Counted from the stretch's first letter, positions 9,455 to 18,782 are shown. The stretch: 64,000 nt of DNA from an uncultured bacterium (GCA_964536935.1 CAZIBD010000006.1:2076-66075), one strand, 5' to 3'. Translations and numbers: made by a program. The notes: generated by a model from the sequence alone, not told the origin.

Positions 9455-12400
9455 TTGCCAGGGCCGTTCGACATCCCAGCTGTGACGACGGGTGCTACCA
9501 TCATCGTGCCTGTCGTTGCTTGTGGAATCCAACATGGGGGAGGTACGGTCATCGCGGACTTGCCGCAGCAGGAAGCGCTGTTCGGGCATTGGTTGCGTAA
9601 GCGTCGCGTGGGTCTGGATCTCACCCAGAAGGCGCTGGCTCGTCGGGTGGATTGTTCTCCTGGGACGATCCGCAAACTGGAGGCCGATGAGCGCCACCCC
9701 TCACGTCACCTGGCGCGTGCGTTGGCGGGGGCGCTGGGGGTTCCAGAGCCGGAGGTCGAGGGGTTCATTCACTTCGCACGTGGTGGTTGGGCGGATCGGC
9801 CGCCCTCCGGCGCGGCACCGGATCTCGAGCGCCCGTGGCTGGTTGGTGGCAGTGGTCGCGATGCCACCTCGGTGGCTGCCAGTTCTCTCCCGGTGGTGGG
9901 CCTACGTTCACCGGCTCCAGCACCGGAGTCGGCCGAAGCGCAAGAGGCTCTTCCGGAGGCGCCGCGCGTGGTGGCCCGCGAGGCTGAGCTGGCGCGGCTC
10001 GATCGGGAGCTGGAACTCGCCCTTGCCGGCAATGGCCGTGTCGTGCTGGTCTCGGGTGAGCCCGGGCAGGGCAAGACGGCGTTGATGACGGCGTTCGCCG
10101 CGCGGGCGCAGGCCGCGCACCCCGAGTTGCTGGTGGCGGTGGGAACGTGCAACGCGTACACGGGGCGCGGCGATCCGTTCTTGCCATTCCGTCAGATCTT
10201 GGGGCAGCTGACGGGTGAGGTGCCGGCGGGTTCTCATCTGGATGCGTTCCAGCGTGAGCGGGCGGCGCGTTTGACGCGCGCCGCGCCGCGAGCGGCCGAC
10301 ATCCTGGTGCGCATGGGGCCCAATCTGTTGGACAGTCTGGTGCCGGTGGCGGCGCTTGCCGCGCGCATGCAGCGGGCTGGCGTTGCTCTGCCGCCGTTGC
10401 CTGCCGCGGGTGGCTCGGTGACGGGTGGGGTGGGCATGGTCCGGCCGGGGGGTGAGGATCAGCAGGCGTTGCGCGCCGAGACGGCCGCTACCCTTGCTGC
10501 TTGGGCCGAGGATACGCCGCTCCTGCTGCTGTTGGATGATCTGCACTGGCTGGATGACAGCTCCACGGAACTGTTGCTGTACCTCGCCAGCGTTGTGACC
10601 GCTGACCGGATCCTGCTGCTCGGGGCGTACCGGCCCGGCAGTTCGCCGGCGGCCGGCTCACGTGACGGACACCTGCCTCACGCCCTGGCCGAACTCGCAC
10701 GGACGGGTGCGACCACGCTCGACGTGGACCGCGCCGACGGTCGCGCCTTCGTGGACGCCTGGCTCGACGGGGAGGCGAATGCGCTAGGTGAGGCCTTCCG
10801 TGCCGCTCTGGTGCAGCAGACCGGTGGGCATCCGCTGTTCACCATCGAGTTGCTACGAGCCATGCAGCAGCGCGGGGATCTCGTCAAGGATGGAGCCGGC
10901 CGGTGGTTGGCCGCCACGGATCTACGCTGGGATCAGGTGCCCGCGCGGATCGCGGACGCTTTGGCGGCGCGGGTCGTGCGCCTCGATGCCGCCTCTCGGG
11001 ATGTCCTGCGTGTGGCCAGTGTGGAGGGTGAAACGTTCACGGCGGAGGTCGCGGCCGCGGTGCTGGGCTTGGGGCCTCGACAGGTGGTTGCATCTCTCGG
11101 CGCTGAGCTCGATCGCACACACCGGTTGGTGAGCGCGATCGACGTGCGCCGTGGCACGGCTGGCCTCGTGTCTCGCTACACCTTCCGCCACAACCTGATC
11201 CAGCGCTACGTCTACGACACCATCGATGTCGCTGAGCGGGTGTATCTGCACGACGCCGTGGCCTCGGCGCTGGAGGCGGTGTTCGGGGAGGAAGCCGATC
11301 CCGTGGCGCTGGCCTTCCACTTCACGCAGGCGCGGGCGCCGCAGCGTGCCGTCGTGCACTATCGCCGTGCAGGGGATCGGGCGCGCAAGGCTCACGCCAT
11401 CGATCAAGCGATCGCGCACTATCAGGCCGCGCTCGAGCACTGGCCCGACGGGGACATCGGGGGGCGAGCGGCCCTCCTGCGTGATTTGGGCGAGAGTCAA
11501 GCCATACGGCACCAGATGGACGACGCCAGGCGCAGCTTCAGCGCAGCCCGGGAGGCGTTCGAGGCAGCAGGCGACGTGCGGCAGATGGGCTACGTAGATC
11601 GCTTCCTCGCCCAGCTCGCTTTCAATCGCGCTGACTTCGCGGGAGCCAGCGCTGCTGCCCGTCGCGCGATCACCATGCTGGAACCGCTGGGGGAGTCTGC
11701 CGAACTGGCTAGCGCGTTGTTTGCTCTGAGCTACTACCATGTGCTCGTCGACGAGTTCGATCAGGCGGTGCCGGTGGCCGAACGCGCCGTGGCCATGGCC
11801 GAGCGCGTAGACGCTCCCCGTGTTCTTGCCGAAGCCATGCTCTCCCTGGGAAGTGCCCTGGACCAACTGGATCCACCCCGTTTCGAGGAAGGCGCGGCGC
11901 TCCTCGAGCGAAGCATCCAGCTCTGCGACGAGCAGGGCAACTCGATGATGGCCAGCCTTGCGGGCCTCAATCTCGGGGATCAACTCGAAGGGTGCGGACG
12001 CTATCAGGAAGCCCGTTCTCGCTACCGCACGACCCTGGAGTACGCTCGGCGTCACCAGGCCACCACGTTCGAAACCTGGGCGCTGCAGCGTCTAGCGTTG
12101 TATGCGTGGTTCCACGGCGACTGGTCAGGGGCCTTCGAGCTACACGAGGAGCTCCTCCAGCGCCGCGGCGGCAAGGACCCATCGGAGGACGGGAGGCCGT
12201 ACTTACGGTGGTTGGTCTTCTTCGCGTGGAGTGAGGTGGACCTGGGAGACCCTGACCGGGCACTGGCCATGCTGCGAGGGTACGAGGAGGCGCTCTTTCG
12301 CTTGCCGCAGATCGGCTCTCGCCTACCGGCCCTGGCCGTCTACCTTCGTGCCCACGCGGGTGCCGGCCAGAGCGACGAAGCGGATCGGGACGCCGAGGCG

Positions 12401-12886
12401 ATCGCGGATGCCGTTGCATCGGCGTTCGTGGCGGAGCACGACATCATCAAGGCCGTATTGGAGGCGCTGCGGCACCTCGTCCGCCGGCCCACCGAGCGCG
12501 CCGATCCACGCATCCATACCTGCCTGCAAGTCCTGGAGCGGCTCGCGCGCCACTACGACTCGCCCGAGGCGAACGCCTCCCTCGAGGAAGCCCGGGCCCT
12601 GCTGGCGGCGGCAGACGGTTCGTTCGAGGAGTCCGCGGACCGCAACATCGCCGCAGCCGAAGCCTGGCAGGCCGGCGTCTTTCCCCTCTGGGAAGCGAGG
12701 GCCCGCGCCGCCGCCGCGCACGCCCTGCGACACGTCGGCCGCGACGCCGAAGCCAACAGCCAGCGAGCGCGCGCGCAGGCCCTCCTCGCGTCCCTCGCCG
12801 AGCAGATCCCCGACGAGGAGCACCAGACCTCGTTCACGCGGGTGGCCGATGCCATGCTCCTGTTGGGCAGGAAGCGGAAGGGCTGA
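9455..12886 (+). CDS. Large STAND-type regulator: XRE-family HTH + AAA/P-loop NTPase + TPR-like C-terminal repeats
   Basis: HTH region: LFGHWLRKRRVGLDLTQKALARRVDCSPGTIRKLEADERHPS. Walker A: VVLVSGEPGQGKTAL. Walker B-like: LLLLLDDLHWLD. About 550 aa of Ala/Leu-rich helical repeats follow. The true start is uncertain; 9455 is the longest option and a TTG at 9560 just before the HTH is an alternative. Confidence 0.75.
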   Translation: MPGPFDIPAVTTGATIIVPVVACGIQHGGGTVIADLPQQEALFGHWLRKRRVGLDLTQKALARRVDCSPGTIRKLEADERHPSRHLARALAGALGVPEPEVEGFIHFARGGWADRPPSGAAPDLERPWLVGGSGRDATSVAASSLPVVGLRSPAPAPESAEAQEALPEAPRVVAREAELARLDRELELALAGNGRVVLVSGEPGQGKTALMTAFAARAQAAHPELLVAVGTCNAYTGRGDPFLPFRQILGQLTGEVPAGSHLDAFQRERAARLTRAAPRAADILVRMGPNLLDSLVPVAALAARMQRAGVALPPLPAAGGSVTGGVGMVRPGGEDQQALRAETAATLAAWAEDTPLLLLLDDLHWLDDSSTELLLYLASVVTADRILLLGAYRPGSSPAAGSRDGHLPHALAELARTGATTLDVDRADGRAFVDAWLDGEANALGEAFRAALVQQTGGHPLFTIELLRAMQQRGDLVKDGAGRWLAATDLRWDQVPARIADALAARVVRLDAASRDVLRVASVEGETFTAEVAAAVLGLGPRQVVASLGAELDRTHRLVSAIDVRRGTAGLVSRYTFRHNLIQRYVYDTIDVAERVYLHDAVASALEAVFGEEADPVALAFHFTQARAPQRAVVHYRRAGDRARKAHAIDQAIAHYQAALEHWPDGDIGGRAALLRDLGESQAIRHQMDDARRSFSAAREAFEAAGDVRQMGYVDRFLAQLAFNRADFAGASAAARRAITMLEPLGESAELASALFALSYYHVLVDEFDQAVPVAERAVAMAERVDAPRVLAEAMLSLGSALDQLDPPRFEEGAALLERSIQLCDEQGNSMMASLAGLNLGDQLEGCGRYQEARSRYRTTLEYARRHQATTFETWALQRLALYAWFHGDWSGAFELHEELLQRRGGKDPSEDGRPYLRWLVFFAWSEVDLGDPDRALAMLRGYEEALFRLPQIGSRLPALAVYLRAHAGAGQSDEADRDAEAIADAVASAFVAEHDIIKAVLEALRHLVRRPTERADPRIHTCLQVLERLARHYDSPEANASLEEARALLAAADGSFEESADRNIAAAEAWQAGVFPLWEARARAAAAHALRHVGRDAEANSQRARAQALLASLAEQIPDEEHQTSFTRVADAMLLLGRKRKG

Positions 12887-13043
12887 GGTTCCGCAGCCTG
12901 GGCACACCGCGGTCGTGGTGTGTCGCGCGTCGTGTCGCTCTCTTCCAAACGCCCTATACGGGATCGCAACAGCCGCTCCCTAGTGGGACTGGGGATCGTG
13001 GGCTCGCTCGTACAAGTACAGTCACCCTGACCAGCCATTGCGC

Positions 13044-13802
13044 CTAGAACAAGACCGGAATCCTGATCGTCCCCCAAGAGATGTGCCAATAGAGGTAATA
13101 GATCAGCCGGAACCCATACATCGCCGCGAAGTCGAAGCGCCGGAACACGTAGAGCTGGAGGCTCGCGAGAACGAACACGTGGACCCAGGTGTAGACGTCT
13201 ACCAAGCCCGTGCCTCCACCACCGACGGCCACCTGGAAGATGGGCTCAGAGACCGCCACCAACGCGAGCGCAACCCACACGAGCCGGTCCCGTCCGCCAT
13301 GCGGCATGATCGCGCCGAGCACGGGAAGCAGACAGGCCAACGGCACGAGGTGGAACACGACCTCGGCGGTAAGACCGATCGACGGATAGAAGAGCAGCGC
13401 CCGAGGCACGGGCACGTTGATGTCCTGCGGGTAGCGCAAGAGCACGTCGGCAACGACGACGGCGAATGCCAGGATGGTCGCGAAGACTGCCGACAGCCGA
13501 ATGCCTTGAAGCGTCCGCCGCCCCTCGAAGATGACGAACCCGAAGCGGGAGAGAACCCAGAGCGCCGCAGCCCCCGCGGCGCCCGCGACGACCATCACTG
13601 CCAGCGGCCGGGCCGGACCATAGAAGCGCTCGAAGTAGGCGCCCGTCGAGGGCGCTACCAAGGTCGTGAAGGCCACCGCAATCAGCCAAAGCGCCGCGAA
13701 GAACAGGACCTGCCGACCCCATCCCAGCCGCCACGCTCGCCCAGCCAAGGGCGCACCGCCCATACCGCTCCCCCTTCCAACCAGCCAACCGACAACGGCC
13801 AT
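13044..13802 (-). CDS. Polytopic membrane protein, function unknown (weak CPBP/Abi-like resemblance)
   Basis: 252 aa with about 7 hydrophobic segments. TAEVVFHLVPL and YTWVHVFVLASLQLYVFRRF loosely recall CPBP intramembrane protease motifs, but the canonical EExxxR is not present. The 3' end has lower GC than its surroundings. Confidence 0.5.
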   Translation of the reverse strand: MAVVGWLVGRGSGMGGAPLAGRAWRLGWGRQVLFFAALWLIAVAFTTLVAPSTGAYFERFYGPARPLAVMVVAGAAGAAALWVLSRFGFVIFEGRRTLQGIRLSAVFATILAFAVVVADVLLRYPQDINVPVPRALLFYPSIGLTAEVVFHLVPLACLLPVLGAIMPHGGRDRLVWVALALVAVSEPIFQVAVGGGGTGLVDVYTWVHVFVLASLQLYVFRRFDFAAMYGFRLIYYLYWHISWGTIRIPVLF

Positions 13803-14142
13803 CGCCCCCCGCGCAAACCATCCCTCCAGGAAGCACGAGACTTCACGCCGCCGTACCGGATAGGCCGGCCAAGCGTGTCACCCCCCCCAGCCAAGACGTC
13901 CTGCCAACGCCATCCAATCGTGCGCGTCCCCGGCGCAACCGCCATCCCCAATCCTCCGACGCATCCGGTCGGACTATGCCCTGCGGCATCCTCGAGCCAC
14001 CGAGCCGGCGACCAAGCGAACGACCGACGGCGCATGACGAGCCCTCATCGCGACTGGATCGGGCACGTCAGCAGCGCCCTGGACAACGCCATGGGGATCA
14101 CCTTCTACCCCTCACCGCTCAGCGGCGCGCGGCCGCTGAGGT

Positions 14143-14196
14143 AGCGTCCTACCCGCGAACCCTGCTCCGGTCCGGGGTTCACGCTTGCCGTCGTCA
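14143..14196 (+). repeat. Copy B of the imperfect ~55-bp direct repeat
   Basis: AGCGTCCTACCCGCGAACCCTGCTCCGGTCCGGGGTTCACGCTTGCCGTCGTCA. The hairpin is retained (GAACCCTG / CGGGGTTC, with a T.G pair where copy A has T-A) but the U-tract is lost. A separate perfect 9-bp hairpin CTCAGCGGC/GCCGCTGAG at 14118-14140 precedes it. Confidence 0.6.
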
Positions 14197-14364
14197 TGAG
14201 CACGGCCACGAGAGCCCGCTCGACCCCTTTCTTGTAGGACAACCTCCCACTCCCCTCGCGGGAGAACCGCCCATCCCCCGGCGCGGCCACGCGCCTACAC
14301 TGGAACGCTTCCCTTCGGCTGCCCGCCGTCTCCAACCCGTGAAGCGCAGAGGAGGTGCCTGCCC

Positions 14365-15504
14365 ATGGCCATTCGGTCGCAGGATGCCAACGCGCCGAGC
14401 CGTTGGTTCGGTTTCCGGTCTACGGGGGTCGTTCTGACCCTCCTCATGGTGGCGCTCGCATCCGCTGCGGCTCAGGCGCCAGCCACGCAGGCGGAAGCGG
14501 TCGTGCCCCCCATCACCGACGCCTCCGGGAATCCCCTCCCCAACAGCATCGCCTCCCTGGAGAAGGTCACTCTGGGCGGCGTCGAGCAGTGGATCCAGAT
14601 CCGCGGCGCCGACGTGAACAATCCTGTCCTGCTTGTGCTGCACGGCGGCCCCGGCTTCGCCATGACCGCGTGGACCGAGCTCTACCAGCGGCCCGAACTC
14701 GAACGGACCTTCACCGTCGTGAACTGGGACCAACGCGGCGCCGGCAAGTCGTACTCGGCCGACCTCACCCCCACCGACATGACCGTGGCCAAACTCGTCG
14801 CCGACACCCTGGAGCTGACCGAGCTGCTGCGCGCCCGCTTCAACCAGGACAAGATCTTCCTGACCGGCCACTCCTGGGGCAGCGCCCTGGGCTTCCTGGC
14901 CGTCGAGCAGCGACCCGGGCTCTACCACGCCTATATCGCCAGCGCCGAGGCCGTGAGCTGGAACCGGCGCCAGCAGATGTCGTACGACTGGGTGCTCGAG
15001 CAGGCACGCAACACCGGCGACGCCGAGGTCGTCGCAGCCCTCGAAGCCCTCGACCCGTTCGATACCACCAACCCCGCCCACCTGGCCGTGAAGGACGGCC
15101 TCCTCGACCGCTACCGCGGCGGCGACGTCTACACGCAGGGCCTCTGGGACCAGTACCTCGCGTATGCCTTCGAGGGACGGAGCCCGTACTACACCGAAGC
15201 CGAGGTCAACACCTTCATGGCAGGCATGGAGCTCTCGGACAGGACCTTGGGCGCCGAGATCGCCACATCCGACTACGACCTGTTCCGGGACTTCCCGGTG
15301 TCGCCGATCCCCATCCACTTCCTGGTGGGCCGCCACGATCACTCGACCCCGGGCGAACTCGCCGAGGAGTACTACCGCTACCTCCAGGCTCCCGCCAAGA
15401 GCTTCACCTGGTTCGAGAGCTCCGGCCACAACCTGATGTTCGACGAACCCGACCGCTGGGCCCAGGAACTCATCCGAATCGCCCAGCAGACGCTGGACCT
15501 CTGA
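14365..15504 (+). CDS. Secreted alpha/beta hydrolase (S33 proline-iminopeptidase-like)
   Basis: AGAGGAGG RBS 8 nt before ATG 14365. Signal peptide VVLTLLMVALASAAAQA. HGGPG oxyanion motif and nucleophile elbow LTGHSWGSALG. C-terminal SGHNLMFDEP (catalytic His region). Confidence 0.8.
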   Translation: MAIRSQDANAPSRWFGFRSTGVVLTLLMVALASAAAQAPATQAEAVVPPITDASGNPLPNSIASLEKVTLGGVEQWIQIRGADVNNPVLLVLHGGPGFAMTAWTELYQRPELERTFTVVNWDQRGAGKSYSADLTPTDMTVAKLVADTLELTELLRARFNQDKIFLTGHSWGSALGFLAVEQRPGLYHAYIASAEAVSWNRRQQMSYDWVLEQARNTGDAEVVAALEALDPFDTTNPAHLAVKDGLLDRYRGGDVYTQGLWDQYLAYAFEGRSPYYTEAEVNTFMAGMELSDRTLGAEIATSDYDLFRDFPVSPIPIHFLVGRHDHSTPGELAEEYYRYLQAPAKSFTWFESSGHNLMFDEPDRWAQELIRIAQQTLDL

Positions 15505-15695
15505 AGCGCCGACGCCCGGCCGGACGCGCTGCCAGAAGCCACGGGCACCGCGGCCGCACGCCTACATGACACTGGCGACGGTGACATCACTCGCGTCCAG
15601 ATCGTCGGCCTCGTCGGTGCCTTCGCCCCGCGCCGTCGCATTCGCACTAGGATGAGACGACGACGTTGGATTGGCGCTCTCCTGTGAAGACGACC

Positions 15696-16976
15696 ATGGC
15701 ATTCGATCCGGACGGGGACCTCGGCGCGGCATCCCAGCGCTCAGCGACACCGCGCCAAGGCGTCCCTGACAAGCCGTCGCGGGGCTTCCCGCAACGGGAG
15801 TACGAAGCACGTCTGGAGCGAGCGCAGCTCCTGATGAAGCAGGACGGGTTCGACGCGCTCCTGCTGATGAGCGAGGCCGAAGTCCGCTACTTCAGCGGCT
15901 TCGTCACCCCGCTCTGGCTGAGCCCGACCCGACCCTGGTTCCTGGCCGTCCCCGCGACCGGCAAGCCGATCGCCGTCATCCCCGAGATCGGCGCTCCGCT
16001 GATGCTAAGAACCTGGATCGACGACGTTCGAACCTGGCCGTCACCTCGCCCGGAGGACGACGGTGTGTCGTTGCTCGCCGACACGCTTCGTGCGATGGCA
16101 ACGCGAACCGGTCGCATCGGCATGCTCGCGGGACCCGAAACGACGTTGCGCATGCCGCTCGCCGACTACGTCAGGCTCGGGAGGGCCCTGCCGCAGGCAC
16201 ATCTCGTCGACGCGACCCCCCTGATCCGGAAGCTCCGGATGGTCAAGTCCGAAGCCGAGATCGCCAAGATCGGCAGCGCCTGCGAGATCGCCTCGACCGC
16301 CTTCGAAGCCGTCCCGTCGCTGGACCTCGCCGGCCGATCCCTTGCCGCGACCTGCCGCGCCTTCAAGGTCGAGCTACTGCGAGCAGGTGCCGATGATGTC
16401 GCCTATCTCGCCGCCAACGCAGGACCGGGCGGGTATCCGGACGTGATCTCGCCACCCCACGAACGGCCGCTTGCGCCGGGCGACATTGTGACGATGGACA
16501 CTGGCTCCGTCCACGACGGGTATTTCTGCGACTTCAACCGGAATTTCGCTGTCGGCCACGCCAACGACGCCGCGCTGCGCGCCTACGAGACCCTGCAACG
16601 GGCCACCGAGGCCGGACTGCGTGCAGCGCGTCCTGGCGCCACCTCCGCTGACGTTTTCCACGCCATGCGGGTCGTCATGACGGCCGATGGGTACGAGGTC
16701 GACACCGCCGCCCGCATGGGGCACGGGCTCGGCATGCAGCTCACCGAGTGGCCATCGATCCTACCCGGCGACGACACGGTGCTGTCGCCCGGCATGGTTC
16801 TCACGCTCGAGCCAAGTCTGACCACGTCGCCGGGCCGATGCCTCGTCCACGAGGAGGACATCGTCATCCGCGACGGCGCGGCCCAGCTTCTCAGCCGTCG
16901 CGCACCCCCCCTGCTGCCACGCGTCGGGGGAACGGTCGACGGCGACTTCCTCGGCACCTCCCCGAGCACGTCGTAG
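15696..16976 (+). CDS. M24-family metallopeptidase (Xaa-Pro peptidase / creatinase-like)
   Basis: N-terminal creatinase-like domain (REYEARLERAQLLMKQDGFDALLL). Pita-bread metal ligands are DTGSVHDGYFCDFNRNF, GHGLGMQLTEWP, VLTLEPS and VHEEDIVI. ATG 15696 is preferred over TTG 15666. Confidence 0.8.
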   Translation: MAFDPDGDLGAASQRSATPRQGVPDKPSRGFPQREYEARLERAQLLMKQDGFDALLLMSEAEVRYFSGFVTPLWLSPTRPWFLAVPATGKPIAVIPEIGAPLMLRTWIDDVRTWPSPRPEDDGVSLLADTLRAMATRTGRIGMLAGPETTLRMPLADYVRLGRALPQAHLVDATPLIRKLRMVKSEAEIAKIGSACEIASTAFEAVPSLDLAGRSLAATCRAFKVELLRAGADDVAYLAANAGPGGYPDVISPPHERPLAPGDIVTMDTGSVHDGYFCDFNRNFAVGHANDAALRAYETLQRATEAGLRAARPGATSADVFHAMRVVMTADGYEVDTAARMGHGLGMQLTEWPSILPGDDTVLSPGMVLTLEPSLTTSPGRCLVHEEDIVIRDGAAQLLSRRAPPLLPRVGGTVDGDFLGTSPSTS

Positions 16977-17260
16977 GCTCCAAGCTAGACCCCATCCGTT
17001 CGTACGCTCGACCTAGCGGGCCCCGGGTTCCTGTGGCGTGCACCATGGCCGGCGTGTCCGACCTGGCCACGCTCGGCACAGTGATGACCTGGTGCTCGCT
17101 CCCTGTGCCACGCGGCCCGTTCTACGAGATGCCGACCTGCTCCACGACCGCAGGTCGGATCGACCCCGATCGCGGTGTGACCGGCTCGTCGCATATTCGT
17201 TCCGGGTGAGCGATACTTGGGCGCCCAAGAGGGGCATGACGTCCCGAAGGGAGTCGTGCT

Positions 17261-18706
17261 ATGGGATTTCGGCGTGGGCTAGGGTTGGCCGGTGCGGTGG
17301 CCGCACTGGCGCTGGTACTGGCAAGCTGTGCGCAGCCGAACTCGGGGAACACCCTGGGCATGCAGGCCGTGCCTGCCGGGCACGGCAACCCGCTGGGCAT
17401 CCATCCCGCGGGCCCGGCGAACGAGCCCGTCTGCCCGGGGCCGGTGGCGCGCGGATCGGCCGGGTGCACCTCGCGGGTGATCATCAACAAGCAGGGCAAG
17501 CCCAGCACCTCGGGGACGCCCCAGGGGTACGCACCCGCACAGATCCAGACGGCGTACGGCTTCAGCGGCGTCTATGGCAGCAACACCGGAAGCGGCGTGA
17601 CGATCGCAGTGGTGGACGCCTACGATGACCCCACCGCGGGCGCTGACCTTGGCACATTCGAGAACGTGTTCAACAACGGTGGCACGACGCCGGCCATCGC
17701 CTGCAAGTTCAATAAGTACAACCAGGACGGGAGTGATGTTGGCCCATACCCCCACGTCGACCATGGGTGGGCGCTGGAGATCTCCCTGGACGTGCAGTGG
17801 GCGTGCGCCATGGCGCCGAACGCCACCGTCGATCTGGTGGAAGCCAACAGCAGCTCCTTCACGGACCTCCTCGCGGCCGTCAGTACAGCGGTCAACACAC
17901 TGGGTGCGAACGTGGTCTCCATGAGCTGGGGAGGTAGCGAGCTCTCGAGCGAGACCACCCTTGACAAAACCTTCGCGAGCGCCAGCAACGTGACCTTCAC
18001 GGCATCCTCCGGCGACAGCGGCCCGGGTGTCGTGATCTGGCCCGCGGCCTCGCCCTACGTGATCGGGGTGGGCGGGACTACGCTTCCCCTCGGCAACAGC
18101 GACGCGTACCCCAGCGGCAACGAGACGGTCTGGAGCGGGAGCAGTGGCGGCATCAGCGCGGTCGAGTCGGAGCCGTACTACCAGGGTTCCCTGAAATCTA
18201 CCGACGCGGCCGACCTCGGAGGCGTCTTGCCGGCGAGCAAGCGTGCCGTACCCGACGTGGCGTACGACGCCAACCCGAGTACCGGGTTCTCCGTCTACGA
18301 CAGCACCGGCTACCAGGGGACCTCCGGCTGGTTCGTGGTGGGCGGCACCAGCGCGGGCTCGCCGCAATGGGCGGCGCTTTTCGCGCTGGCCGACCAGGGG
18401 CGCTTCGATCAGAACACACCCCTGGCATCCCTGAGCGGCACGACCGAGACGTCTTCCGGCCTCACGTCACCCACGTACGTACTGGCTGGGTCGTCGTCGT
18501 CCTACTCGAACGACTTCCACGACATCACTTGCTCCTCCAGTACCGGCGGCGGCTCGGGCAAGGGCCACGGGCACAGCCCCAAGGGGGGCGCTATTGGCAA
18601 TACCAGCACAGGCTCCACGACGTGCTCGGGGTACGACTTGACGACCGGGCTGGGCAGCCCGCAGGCAGGGGCCCTGATCTCAGCACTGAGTAGCTACGCC
18701 CAGTAG
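17261..18706 (+). CDS. Secreted S8/S53 (sedolisin-like) serine peptidase, probable lipoprotein
   Basis: Lipobox-like signal LALVLASCAQ. GVTIAVVDAYDDP, and GGTSAGSPQWAALFAL (the sedolisin-type GGTS catalytic Ser context). Ser/Gly/Thr-rich C-terminal region. Confidence 0.8.
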   Translation: MGFRRGLGLAGAVAALALVLASCAQPNSGNTLGMQAVPAGHGNPLGIHPAGPANEPVCPGPVARGSAGCTSRVIINKQGKPSTSGTPQGYAPAQIQTAYGFSGVYGSNTGSGVTIAVVDAYDDPTAGADLGTFENVFNNGGTTPAIACKFNKYNQDGSDVGPYPHVDHGWALEISLDVQWACAMAPNATVDLVEANSSSFTDLLAAVSTAVNTLGANVVSMSWGGSELSSETTLDKTFASASNVTFTASSGDSGPGVVIWPAASPYVIGVGGTTLPLGNSDAYPSGNETVWSGSSGGISAVESEPYYQGSLKSTDAADLGGVLPASKRAVPDVAYDANPSTGFSVYDSTGYQGTSGWFVVGGTSAGSPQWAALFALADQGRFDQNTPLASLSGTTETSSGLTSPTYVLAGSSSSYSNDFHDITCSSSTGGGSGKGHGHSPKGGAIGNTSTGSTTCSGYDLTTGLGSPQAGALISALSSYAQ

Positions 18707-18745
18707 GAAGAGGGGCACCGGCACGTAGCTGGGCATGCGGGGACA

Positions 18746-18782
18746 AGAGGGGGTGCGCGAGGACCTGTCGCGTGCCCCCTCT
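18746..18782 (+). terminator. Stem-loop downstream of the S53 peptidase gene (terminator candidate without U-tract)
   Basis: 15-bp stem AGAGGGGGTGCGCGA / TCGCGTGCCCCCTCT (two G.U pairs), 7-nt loop, 40 nt after the stop codon. Confidence 0.4.

Noticed and set aside
9455-12886. The two AAA/TPR STAND proteins (also 47972..51355) as Avs/NLR-like antiphage sensors.
   Set aside because: Both carry DNA-binding heads (XRE HTH; SARP winged helix + BTAD) instead of nuclease, protease, TIR or other effector domains. This fits MalT/AfsR-type transcription regulators.
9290-14196. A classical integrase-borne genomic island at tRNA-Pro.
   Set aside because: There are no integrase, excisionase, transposase or phage genes in or near the segment. 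The repeat begins after the CCA and does not duplicate the tRNA 3' end. Only the repeat itself is reported as a finding.
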